This document shows, in pieces, positions 24,852 to 37,668 of a DNA stretch of 64,000 bases (position 1 is its first letter; each line of letters starts with the position of its first letter). The DNA is from Diadema antillarum (Eukaryota). Location of the stretch: positions 806,001-870,000 of the forward strand of contig NW_027271439.1 of NCBI RefSeq assembly GCF_040938485.1, given 5' to 3'. The notes below the pieces were generated by a model. That model saw only the letters and a program-made list of their open reading frames with translations. It had not been told where the DNA came from and ran no database searches. The position numbers and the translations under genes were made by a program.

Positions 24852-27800
24852 CTAGGATGGCCCTTGCTCTGTAGTGAAAACTGTCCTGGGCCTAGCTACC
24901 ACTAGATTAGATGAGAACTCTAGGACCTTGTTCGTTCCTCTCACTTCGTGTTCTAGAAGAGGCAGCTTCGTGATGTGGAAATCCTCATATAAGTCTTCAA
25001 TCTGGGAAACAGAAAGATAAGATACAATAAACATAAACTAACCCAGAATATGGCTTCATAATTCAATCTTTAACCTACTGTCTGAAATGTACCAGTATTA
25101 AAGCAGAATGTATAGAGCAAATGTGTCTAAGATATAGATGTAATAATAGATTCAATACGTAAATCATCAGCATTTATTCCTTCTTTTATTTGCGATACAA
25201 GGATTCGTCTGCCATGCTCTAATACGAAGAATCAATCTAGTCTGAATGCAGAATACACAATTCATGCATCTGTGCAAATCTTTTGCTAGACCATTTGATA
25301 TACAGCAGGGTTTTTTTATTCTGGCATCTGCAAATATCAAGAGCTGTTATCATCATAAATCTTAGCTTGAAAAAAAAAAATCTTTTGTAACCTTCAAAAA
25401 AAGCATTGTCAACTTTGAGATAAAGACAGAAGTGGTACTAGATAATTCACATTATTGAGGCAGTATTGCATTCTATCTTGCTGCTTTTGGTGCCAATGTG
25501 ATAAGAGAAGTTTTCTTGTGGATGTGATGCTGAACTGGAAATTAATGAGTCTGCTTTTATCAGAGCTAATATTTCTAAAGAAGTTTGCTCAGTGTTCGCT
25601 CACTGCACTGCACTAAATGACCAGCATCTTGTTAGCCTCCTGTTATTTTGGTCTTTACTCTACACACATAAAGTATCAATTTACTTTCACAAAGCTTTCA
25701 TTCTTTGCAAATTCCCCAGTCAACTGAAATACATGTATTTGAAATTAACAACTCCCCCAAACTGTTTCCCCTCACGCAAATGAAAACAATCATACTGTCT
25801 GCAAGGTATTATAGTGGACTCCCGTTATTACAAAGTCCTCGGGACTGGCAGTTTTCTTTTGATATATCAAAATTTTGTTACAACTGATCAAAAAAAAACA
25901 TAAACAACAACAACATACAATGGATAATGTTGCAGTCTGAATTTTTACTTTGTTGTAACCAGAGTTTTGTTATAACCATGTTTGTTATAACGGGAGTGCA
26001 CTGTACAAAATCACCAAACTTCCTCTTGAAAAGGAACATTACGTATTTCTCAGTCTGTGTCACTGTGATCCTCCACTTCACGTCAAATCATGCTCATGAA
26101 ATAATATACGAATAATTTATGAGTTGTGAGTGCATAGGGCACGAATATCGCACGAGGCGCGAGATGAGCCACTGGTCTATTCAACAAGGCGCGTAGCGCC
26201 GCGTTGAATAGACCAGTGGCGAATCTCGCGCCGAGTGCGGTATTACGTGCCCCAATGCACGAACAAAATCATAAATTATTCGTTTTATACAACACCTTGT
26301 CCACAATCACAGTACTAAATTAGTGACCGCCAACTCAGGAAGGCCCAAAAATAAATGTAACAATCAGGCAGAGAATTGTAAACCACCCTGTGTACTGCTT
26401 TCAAACACTCGTCATGATTCGACCACACAGTCACAGGAATCACAAACTCCGCAGGGTCTATACCCATTATACGCTTACGTTAGATCGAGTTAGGCCTGAC
26501 TGTTAGGCCGATCTGAGATGTCGGTAGATCTAGTAGTAGGCCTAGGTCTAGACTTTGTCTATTTCCGAAAATGATTTTGTATAAAAACACAGAAAAGTCA
26601 TCAAATTACGGTTTCTCAACTTGAAATGAAGTCTAGATTTTGGGATCACTGTGGTCCACGTAGCAGATCAGAGTCAAAAGTAAAAACACAGCAGTAGGTG
26701 TAGGGTCGCGATACATGCAACTAGCTAGGTAAAGTAGCTGCGCGTACACGTTAACGTTGCAACATGCAGTACTCCGCCGCGCCTGGTATGTGAGACTTAC
26801 CGGCAGCGCATCAGCGCAGCCGGCCATCACGTACAATGTACACAATGTAGTTTGCTGGAGCTTTGCTACGGGTGGGTGTGAGCCACAGAACTCAGCTCTG
26901 TGAGCGGCCATGCATTAGTAGCCCCCCGCGAAGCCGTGCTATAGTACCTTCGAGCCATGCAATAGGCCCATGCCAGGGGCCTATTGTATGGCTGTCACTC
27001 TCAATGAGTTTGATAGGTATTTTCTATTGAATGTCATGTGACATGTTCTTGGCCAATCACAATTCGACATCATTCTGAGGTGTTGTATAAATGGTGTATA
27101 ATTTATTAGGGTATACAAGATGAACTCACACTAGTGCATGTAGTCCATTGGAGAAATATCGAAGTAGTTCATACAATGTATAATGTGATAGCTGGTGTGT
27201 GTGTGTGTGTTAAGTATGTTCCAGCATGACAATGTGTAGATGTCCCATGTGACAGTACACTATGCTGCAAAACCAGGAGCATTCGTGGCATTCAAATTGC
27301 TGACCATGAAAAAAAAAATTGAACAAGTATACTATATGGACTGAATTGTGTAGACAAAAACTTTTGTATGCATTTTACTTCAGTGAATCATAGCTCCTCT
27401 CGAAATTTGTGATGGTTTCATGCACACAAACATATCTGGGTTGACAGTAAATTCCACCATGTATGTTGCCATCCTTCAAACTCTGATAGATGCTCCTACC
27501 TGTTCCAGGTACTTCTTCTGAAGCTTGTATCTTGCCTGGCACATCCTGCACTGCACGGAGCTCCGCCCCTCATCAGCAAAGACCAGCTGGTTGACGATGA
27601 TGTTATGGCTATCGATACCATATTTGGCTAATTCCTGGACCAGTCTCTCGGTTTCATACAGCGACAGGAACTCGGCTATACAGACACAGACAAAGGTAGT
27701 TTGTTCCTGGTGGGGCAAATGTGCAGTGAAAATAAAAACAATGTCAAAAACAAACCATTCTTTAGTTCTCATTCTTCTAAAAAAAAAACTAACAAGCAAT

Positions 27801-30800
27801 ATTTGATAAATTAGTAGATCACATTATTTCATTTATCTTAATCATAAAATCTAATCTAATTATACCATCTCAAAGCAGTCAATGTACGGCACCCAGGTCC
27901 CAGTCTCTGCGTATGAATAGCCCGCAAAGTTGGTTTACATTAGCTAAACATCCGCAACCAAAATTTTGTGCAGCTCAAAAATCCTGGCAACAGAAAAATG
28001 TGCCTCTGCCGAAAAATTAGGACATGTGCGGATGTCGACCGGCTCATACAAGCATGTTTCACAAATTATTATATTGCGAATGTATGGCAAATATACATCA
28101 ATTCTGGGGCAAATTCATATCTTGACTCAAACTGTCATTCAGCTTAAGAGGAGTTACTCTCCCAGGTGAGTTGTTGCCTGGTAGAAGAATGGCAAAATTC
28201 TGTATCAAAGAAGGGCTACATCAGCCTCCTTTTTTCTCTCCAAATCTTGCCAATGTAATTACTTTATTTTATAAAGATATTATACAGAAACAGCATAATG
28301 GATAAATATATGTTTAGGCTGTGTGACAAGGGTCAAACAAAGCGCTTAACATCATTTCAAATTGCTTTGTCGTGTTATTTGTAATACACTACCACTGTAT
28401 GGGAGACAAAAATATATAAATACACTGTATGAAAATACTGTTTCATGGCACCATAATATGATTCTTTGCTTGAATTGATCATAACAGTAAAAGAAATATT
28501 CATCACTTGTTTCTGATGATTTCAAGCAACTATTCTGGGGCTAGAAGAGACAGGCCATACTCACCGGGTCTTTGAAAGCCTCGTTAACACTCCTGATAAC
28601 TGGAACAGTATCCTCAAGTTTGGATAGCATGTCAGTGGCATTGAACTCACCCATACCAAGCAGACCACCAATCTGCACAACATTGAACAAATATGAACGA
28701 AAAAGATGTAACATGATGAACTGGCCTAGGGATAAGCTGATATTGTTCAAAATGAAATTAATTACCGGGGGCAATTAATTAATTACTGGAAGAGGTAATC
28801 CATGTGATTTGTAGAAGCCACAATGTATTTTCTTAGAATGAATAAAATAAATGGAAAGAAAAAAGGTCAAAATTTTGATGGTTGAGAACTTCTACGTTTG
28901 ACTCTTTATTTCAATATAAAAACCATGTGCATCTCATCTATTTGTGCTAATTTTTTCCCCTTCCTCTCCAATTAATTTTGTCAACATTGATTTACCTTTG
29001 AGACAGCAAGCTTTCATCTTTTAAGAGAATTTCTTAAAATATTACTGAATTGTCAAAACATAGTTTTATGTTGCTTTGCAGGACACTAGGACCTTTGATG
29101 CCATGGTCAAATAATCTATTCACTATAATATCTTTGCTGTCTATACTATGTAATAATCTATTCACTTTATTTTTGCTGTATATGTATAGTCAGTGTACCT
29201 CACAACTTTCTCAAGTTACCATGGTAACAGATGAAAGATGAGATAGATGGAATGATGTGCTAGGATGAAGGAATGGTGCTCTACTCACTCACCTGCTGAA
29301 TGAATGGGTTAAACTGAGCCTTGAGTTTGAGCAGCTTGCTGAGTCCCTTCTCAGCCAGAGAGGGAAATGACAAGAGTCTTAAGGTGTGTCCAGTGGGGGC
29401 TGTGTCAAAGACTACCACTGAGAAGTTCATGTTCTTCACCAATCTGGGAGGAATGCAAGATGGTTAGCAGGTGAGCTCTGAATGCAAGCATGCAAAAATA
29501 TCCACCAGTACCTTTCAGCATCACCTACCAGCAATTACTTAGACTTTACTCATAACCATGTTTTATTGCTTGCACTTCCTATTCAAATGCAAAATATGGT
29601 TTTCTTCATCGATTGTTCAGATTAAATTTGCTGTGAATGTGAATGGAGATTCCTAAGTTCTAGTTTAAATTTGATATTATGTAATTACAAATTAATAAAC
29701 TAAATCATTGCAATTTGGTACCTGATCAGACAAATATATTGTGCCTAATACTAAGTTATTGTTTCTAAAGAAAAATACATTGTGCATTTGTGTTGGAAGC
29801 CAAATATATTTGTCCTTTACAGTTGGTAAATATGCAATTTACAGAATATTTTATGCAACATGACCACCACAGGAAAAAACAAACAAAACACACACACGAT
29901 AAAACAAAACAAAATCTGTTTCACAAGTTCTGAACAGTGATAGAGACAAGAACTTTCTAGTCTAGTATTACAGAATATTTGCTTAAAATGAGTATATGTA
30001 CTCTGAAACACACCAGAGTTGGGATTATGAATCAAAATAAAAACATTTATTTCTTAGATAATCCATTCTGTAAATAAGAGTCTTGTACGCATTAGTACAG
30101 TACATACTGTAATTCTGTATGTTTGTTTGTCAGATAGAAATGAAGTTTTGCAACTTTTTTTTTCTTATTGGTAATTAACCTGCTTAAGGTGGGTTGATTT
30201 TGCTACAACACGCATTTCAAATAGACACTTGCCCAAGTATACTTGGGACTCATCCTCAGTGGGTTAAAAATACACTAAGACATACCACAATCTGTGCTAT
30301 GTTTCTCATTTTGTGCACACTGTTATCAAGAGGTCTTCATAACCAATGGTGATTGCTTACCACAGGATGGACAAGCACAATCAATGATGGAAAAAATATT
30401 TTGATGTCTCAACTCACTTCATGACTTCAGCAAAACTGACAGCTTCATCAATTCCTGGAAAGGCCCCGAGTAGCTCCTGCATGACATGTTTTCCCACAGA
30501 CAGAGGATCTACAGAAGGTATGAATGCCAGAAGAGGACTCGGTTAGTTTGATTCTCATGAATTTGAGAGTCATATTCAACAAACATTATCTTCATTACAA
30601 CTTTTTACAGTATGAATGCTTGCATATACAGTGTATATCTCAAATATGATGTAGTGATAGTCACCTGAAAAGCAACTGAAGCAACAGCATGATATCTGAT
30701 AAAATGAATCAAGTACTAGATTAAACTGAATTATGTTTCAAACTAAATCACAAACTACTTTTTAATGCCTCCATTCCCTTGTTATGTTTCGCTCACATTT

Positions 30801-33624
30801 TCACATAATACAAATGTAAGAGTTGAGCACAGAATATAAGTTAAATTGACACCATCAAGTAAACATCAGCTAAAGAAGTTTTGATTGCTGAACTCATGGC
30901 CACACTGTGGTACAAATTTTAGATGATATAAACTTTGCACAATTATTCTTTATTTCTTTTCTTTTTTTGTAAGGCCTCTGCCTTAATACAAATGTCATGC
31001 AAGCCACATACAGAATAAGACTGTTGAAAATATGTTTACAGTAATATATGATGAAAGGACCAAACATACTATCTTCGTCAAAGTAGTCATCAGGGAGGTC
31101 GCCTATTCCCAGGTTTGGGTCAATCTCCATGGCAAAGAGGTTCTGGAAACCAGTGACCCTGGTAGGGACCTTGGAGAACTTCTGGTCAAAGGCATCTGAG
31201 ATGTTGTGGGCGGGGTCTGTAGAAATGATGAGGACAGTCTCCCTGTGTTTGGAGAGTTGGACCGCCAAGCTGCAGCTAAAAAAATGTCAAGTACAGGGAG
31301 CATGGTTCACACTGTGATCTTTGAGAAACTCCATGTCATATGAAAGAAAACACTATCCTTTCAACACTTAAACACCTGAAAAGTTGTTCTTTGGAATAGA
31401 TAGCGTGTCTGATTAGTGTAGACTTGGTATACCCAGATTATTGTTTGAATACTCCAAAAGTTAACCAAAGTAGCAAAATCTGTACAAAGTGTATTTTCAG
31501 ATTCTTCTTCTGGTTAAGTATGCCTCTTTCAATAAGCTGAAGATTCTTGCAGACTGTGTTATTTACATTATAATACAGTTATTTACAGATATTTACAAGC
31601 ACATATGCCCTAGCAAATATGAAGAACAAAGACTAGCCACTGTGATGTGATCAACCATTAGTCAGTTTCGGAATGCTCCCACAGATGGCCCTGTAACAAT
31701 TTCCGAGGACAGGGAATTTCAGTGCCGGTACTTAACTGTTCTCATAGACCACCATAACCAACAATCCAAATGTCATTGATACTTTACCCCTTTGCTTATA
31801 AAATCAAATTTTTGACACAAATAAAACATTCAGAGTTGTAATTGATTATCATTTACATCAATCTGTTACAAGATCATGGAACTTGTTTTGATTTTTACCA
31901 TGACTACCACATTATTTGAAACTCCCACAAGGACAATGCTTACAGTCAAAACATCATTACAATAGTATACATGTATCTACATTTTGTTTCCTTATGCAGG
32001 GCTGCACATCAACCCATTTTTTTCTGCTGGTCCGACCTGTTTGTCGGACCAGTAGGTTTGTCGGACCAGTAGGTACCCAGTTTTTCCATATTTCCATATT
32101 TTACTGGTCTATTGCTGAAAAAGTTACTAGTCTCAGATACTCCAACTCTCCCGCTTTCGACGGGAGATCTCCTGCCGAAAGCCCATTTTTGCAAAATCTC
32201 CCGTTCTCCCGTTTGAGATTCAATTTCTCCCGCCCTAGCTCTGTGTCTCCCGCTTGAAATTATTTCTTACTTAGTGTCAACGTAAGTTGAAAAATAAGCC
32301 TTAGATAGCACGAGAGAGCATCTAGAACCCTAGAACTTCGCGCTTCCCGCACAATCAAGTTAGAGTCTCCCGTTCACTAGGGGTTTCAGGCGGGAGAATC
32401 TCCAGATCAGAAGGTTCTTGGGGTTGGAGTGTCTGTAGTCTGACAGTGATTTTTACTGGTCAGGGACCTTAGACCAGTGCCAGTGTGCAGCCTTGCCTTG
32501 TAACATTACTTCTCTCTGCCTGCATTCAAACATCACTCGTGTGAAGCAAGAATTACAAATACAGCAAATTTTGTTGCAAGTCCCTGATTTACACAAGGGA
32601 TGGTTTACACAACTAAATGAGTGTGTATTAGAATTATGGTTAGGTTTTTGTGGTTAGCGAATGTAAGCACAGACCTTATACTTACATGAGGAAGATGATG
32701 AAGTTTGTTTTATCTGTCACATTGTCAGGTCAAATTTGTTTATTGCCACAGTTTAAGTAAACATGTTTTATTCAGTGAAATAAATGAATTGATATGAATG
32801 AATGAAAATGTATTTTTCAGTGGAGGATTTTATATCAAACTCTTTCCAATGCAAGAAAGTTATGTACAGTACAACATGTAGTAACTTCAAAATTAATTTA
32901 AGAAATCCTGTGGTAAAGAACTCCTTCCTTAAGTTTTAGGCATACTGTCTACAAAAGATGAAGAAGCTAGCTGTGAGTGACCTGTGTGATAACGATACAC
33001 AGCCCTGTTGCGTAGTGTTGGATAGTGTTAGCTTGTGATGTGGTTAGTGTCACTGCTATAAATAACCCCGGCGCAGGGCCGTACTACTACCACAGTAGGC
33101 CTATAGATGCTCCGATGTCGTTATAGGAAGAGGTTCTAAAAAGCCTTTCTTGCTTTGCCGTTACTTCCATTCCATTCATACCACCACATCTGCCGTCTGT
33201 CTCATACTATCAGCAGTGTTATACATAGGCCTAACTGCGACCAGTACCAGCAGCCCCAACGTACAACGTACACGGAGCGGCGGGTCTCCGGGGCTAACAT
33301 AGGCCCTACATCTACATCTACATGGTAAACAAGACCCACTGCATGCATGGCATGGGTGTATGGCACAGTCCCACACTACAGTGCAGCAATGCAGCTGCTG
33401 TCGCGTGCATCAGCATAAACCGGTCGACTGACATCAACATGGGTGTACTGGTTACTGCCAGCTTACATTCGACAAATCATGTAAATTATCTTGTACCTGC
33501 ATGTCGTCTTCCCAACTCCTCCTTTTCCACCAACGAAAACCCATTTCAGAGATTTCTGCTCGATGATATTGCGGATCGAAGGCTCAAGTGGCTCAAAGTC
33601 GTCATCAACCATGGAAGTCGCCAT
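24852..33624 (-). CDS. ASNA1: ATPase ASNA1/GET3/TRC40 (tail-anchored protein targeting), 7 exons, 346 aa
   Basis: Exons 33624-33497 ([42 protein letters not shown]), 31275-31070 (SLAVQL...[18 protein letters not shown]), 30508-30418 ([13 protein letters not shown]), 29443-29293 ([19 protein letters not shown]), 28672-28565, 27706-27500 ([24 protein letters not shown]...CRMCQAR) and 25001-24852 ([22 protein letters not shown]...). Total 1041 nt, all GT-AG and in phase. The P-loop, switch I/II, A-loop and CxxC motifs are intact. Confidence 0.97.
25812..26003. mobile_element. pogo/Tigger-like MITE (family of 18150-18336)
   Basis: TA-TAGTGGACTCCCGTTAT...ATAACGGGAGTGCACTG-TA. Confidence 0.75.
26105..27095. 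mobile_element. Unclassified palindrome-rich interspersed element in the last ASNA1 intron
   Basis: ~180-bp imperfect hairpin at 26106-26284; IR pair TTTATACAACACCT (26284) / AGGTGTTGTATAAA (27078); 40-bp hairpin at 26953-26992; CpG-rich relative to the flanks. Confidence 0.6.
30175..30267. mobile_element. ~90-bp piggyBac-like MITE, copy 4
   Basis: TTAA-CCT...GGG-TTAA; same core as copies 1-3. Confidence 0.7.
31997..32495. mobile_element. MITE (CAGGGCTGCACA...TGTGCAGCCTTG) containing a nested MITE at 32134-32435
   Basis: Inner element CAGATACTCCAAC...GTTGGAGTGTCTG is flanked by a TAGTCT direct repeat (32128-32133, 32436-32441). Confidence 0.7.
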
Positions 33625-35209
33625 ATTGGTTTATTACTCAGCTCAGCAGTACATATACAGTACGTACATATGTACATACGTACATGACCAAAGACCAATC
33701 AATGAGGGTCACGTGATGAATGCAAAAAACAATAACAATAACAACAACACAAGAAAACAAAATATCGTGACGTGTACGTGTACACATGAGCGTAGAACTT
33801 GTTTTTGTTGTTATTTTGTTTGCCCTGCATAACGTCGGTTTGTTTTGTTGTCTAAGAAAGTACATGTATATAAATAAACATCTACATAATTCTTCATTGT
33901 CTACATAATTCTTTGGTTGAGATGGGGCTTCAGGTTCCAATGTTATTTCTTATGATTTTTGTTCTTTTTAGATAATGAGAAACCTCTTATGAAAATGTGA
34001 AAGAGCATGAAATTCTATGAGGAATTCGAAGTTTACTTGATGAAAATTGGTTTTGAAATGGCTGCGATATTCAAAATAAAGCGACCCTAGTAAAAGGTGG
34101 GACCCTCTTTTTATTACGCTCGCTTTGTTTTACTTTCTTTTTTGATATCTCAGCCATTTCAAAGCTGATTTTCAAAACATAAAGTTTGAATTTCTCTAAG
34201 AATTTTATTGTATGCTATTTATCATTTGATAAAATTGTTTCTCGAGTATCTCGTAAGAAAGAATCCACACCTCAACCAAAACTATGTCATCCCTGATGTT
34301 TTACGATCTGGACTACGCATGAATAAGGGTAGAGTTACTGAACAGACACTCTCAAGTCTAAGTATAGTACTTTGTTTTAAAAAAAAAAAAACGTGTCCTC
34401 GATATATTGACTGGTTGAAAAATTTTCTCGTGATTATTTGTATTTTCAACTATTTCAGAATGTTGGCATGTTTGACAAACGTGCGAGGTACTAGGCGAGC
34501 TCGCCTAGTACCTCCTTGGTTTGACACTCGATGGTATACTATTTAATTGGACCATGACTCGGACATCGCTTTTAGTGACGATTTTTTTTTTCTTCAAATA
34601 ATACGTACTATTTGATTGTAAAATAATGCCACAAAGCAAGTGCAACAACGCGCTGCTTCGTTCGGTGACTTTCTGAAAAACAATATGTCACCATGGAGGT
34701 ATTGTTCTAATAGTAGTTCCATGTTCATAATGTGCACATTATAGAAATCGCCACAGTAGACCAAATTAAGTATATCGGAATATGGCCAGCTAACCTCAAT
34801 AGGAGCAGGGAGGTGTGAGAGAGACTCACACCTCCCTGATAGGAGCCTATAGCGGTTCTGCGATGTAAGGATGAAGAACTTGACGGAATTCGGAAGTCGG
34901 GACCTATACGATTGAAAGTTAGTTCAGTAATTTCAACCCTCAAAATCCATGTTGATCAATGTCAGGATGCTATATAATACTCTATAATGTCTCGTTGAGA
35001 AAATCAATCGCTTTCGTGGCTTTTGGCGACAATTTAGGTGTCTAATCGACTACTGTACACGGGCTTTAAGTTATACCCACATCTCACTGTATATGCCACA
35101 GTTCCCTTGAAGTGCTCAAATTTATTTGATATCTATACATTCTTGTTCCCTTATTTTGGCGATACACTGATTACTGCCAGGATGCAAAGAATACCTGCAT
35201 GATCGACCT

Positions 35210-35211
<2 letters not shown>

Positions 35212-35292
<81 letters not shown>
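35212..35292. repeat. (CA)n(TA)n microsatellite
   Basis: Direct reading. Confidence 0.98.
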
Positions 35293-35294
<2 letters not shown>

Positions 35295-35311
35295 TTCACA
35301 ACAGTAGGTCA

Positions 35312-35466
35312 ATATAAAAACTCCGTTAGAGACGTAAATTTGACGAATTTTCGCCCATAGGGCTTTGTCAAGTCAATACATTTAATCATTTAATCATTTA
35401 AATGTATTGACTTGACAAAGCCCTATGGGCGAAAATTCGTCAAAGTTACGTCCACGGAGTTGTTAT
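35312..35466. repeat. Near-perfect palindrome (54-bp arms, 14-bp spacer), probably a small MITE
   Basis: 35331-35384 is the reverse complement of 35399-35452 with one mismatch; outer AACTCCGT/ACGGAGTT extension. Confidence 0.85.
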
Positions 35467-35520
35467 ACTGTTTTGAATCTATACTTTCTTAGGACTCCGA
35501 GCAGAAACTAATTGCTGTTA

Positions 35521-35522
<2 letters not shown>

Positions 35523-35563
<41 letters not shown>

Positions 35564-35622
35564 CATGTTTTCACTATCCCATTTGTTTCTGGTCATCGGT
35601 TTTCCCTTTATTTATTTCATAC

Positions 35623-35672
<50 letters not shown>

Positions 35673-35700
35673 CATATATACATATATATATTATATATAA
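35523..35700. repeat. Interrupted (TA)n microsatellites
   Basis: Direct reading. Confidence 0.95.
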
Positions 35701-36096
35701 TTATTATCTTGAGTTGGAGACTTAGGCATATATAATTATTGTGTTTCTTTTTGCATTGCTGCAAATCCCATGGCATGTTTAAGGCCACGTGAGCAGAGTC
35801 TGAGAGGCCCGATAATAATTAACACTGAGCAAGAGAATTAATTGTGATAATACGATGGCGGCAGGTGTGAATATTCTCAAACTGTCCCGTGACTATACAC
35901 ACAAAAATTATCTCTGCCGCTCTCGTGGACTTGTACAATTAATGATAAACAGACATGCCGAAGTGCAGGCCATTGTACCGCGCTCGAGGTGACACGATAT
36001 GAGTCTCTTCAGGTTGCTGCTGCTTTTAGTCCCCTCCTCCTCCAGTCCTGCGTCAACTTCTTTCTTTTTCCGCCTTCTCCCAGCCATCCTCTCCTT

Positions 36097-36212
36097 TTCC
36101 TCCTCCTCCTCCTCCTCCTCCTCCTCCTCCTCCTCTTCCTCCTCCTTCTCATCATCATCATGATCATCAACCACCATCATCACCATCATCATCATCATCA
36201 CCACCATCATCA
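36097..36212. repeat. (CCT)n and (CAT/CAC)n trinucleotide microsatellite
   Basis: Direct reading; it generates the poly-L/H and poly-E/M pseudo-ORFs. Confidence 0.95.
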
Positions 36213-37507
36213 GTCTAATTCTTCCTCATCTTCTCTTCCCTTTCTGCTTCTTCTGCTACTATACTCGAACTTTCTGCTTCTCGTCTGCATCTTTCTCATG
36301 TATTTTATTTCATTTTATTAGAGCTGTTCTGCTGGCGGTCCTATGGAAGTCCATTTCTTCTTGTTTTATTTTAATGGTTCAAAATTATGGTGACGGTAAT
36401 GATGAAAGTGACGATGATGAATATGATAGTGATATCTACAAAACTATTTACGTCAGTTTTAATCACAGTTTAATATTGGTCAGTTTAGTCACAGTCAAAG
36501 CGGAGGATCGCTACGACTTGGATTTTAGTTGTGATGAACACGATGAAGCAGCACTTTTTATACAATCTATTATATTTTGATAACATGGCTGTGACTGACA
36601 GATTACGTAATATATGGCTTGCCTTAAAGTGACTGTGATATCAAATTCAACCGCTTTTATCAATAGAACGCATGAATATGTGTGTATTATTGTGTCTCTA
36701 CTTTGTTCCATAAGTTCTTTTATATAAGGTATAATTTATTTGACAAAAACACGAACAAAAAGAATTCACACCCTCATCACATACACGACTCAAGTGCTTC
36801 ATTGAATACATCGCAGTGATATTAGTCCTCTTTTTTATTTCCTATACAAGTCAGACATGTGCAACTAATTGGGGGAAACCGACGGACACATTACGTATAA
36901 AAAAGTGACGAAACAACGAAATGTATGCAGGTACCGTACGTGTGTAAACCTATAGCTGTTGAGGTCTCTATTGTCGCGTCATGAACATTTCTTCATCAAG
37001 CATAAGGCTCCTGTATGTGTTTCTTCTAATAGGTATCTTGCAACGTATGGACTATGTGTGCGCATAACACTCAAACACATCCTAAGCACACATGTACACG
37101 CACATATACTCACACAATGTAATTATGAACATAAGCTGAATCTAGAGCTTTCAGAATGAGCATATAGATTTCTGGCATTGAAAGAAACAAAGAGTTGCAC
37201 GATGGGGCACAATAAGACGCCAAACAGAGAAGCGCGTTTTAATGGTTTACGTTTATTTGACATTGTACTCCCAAACAAATCGTTTTGCTGTGTGAATATT
37301 TACCGTGATCATGTGGTGGTACAGGAAAACAAGACAAGAAACATTTACTTTAAAAAAAAACCAGATTGGAAATGTGCCAGTCAAGTCAGCAAATAACAAT
37401 TCCAAAATATCGTATATTTCATTAAAATGTTGAAAATGGCTTCTAAGATTTTATGTTTGGTGGACTGGAGTCTTCTCCATCTCTGTTATGTATACTTCAT
37501 ACACCAG

Positions 37508-37668
37508 GGCCCCATTTCATAAAGAGTTTATTTGATGACAACTCTTTGCTGGAATGACTATATTGTCATGGTAACGACAAGAATACAGCTTCCTGATTGG
37601 CTGTTTGCTGTGGAAAGTTGTCATTCCAGCAAGAGTTGTCACCCTAACATCTTTTATGAAATGGGGCC
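37508..37668. mobile_element. PIF/Harbinger-like MITE with CAG target-site duplication
   Basis: CAG-GGCCCCATTTCATAAA...TTTATGAAATGGGGCC-CAG. Confidence 0.75.

Noticed and set aside
35908-36321. Poly-E/M and poly-L/H ORFs
   Set aside because: Translations of trinucleotide microsatellites.
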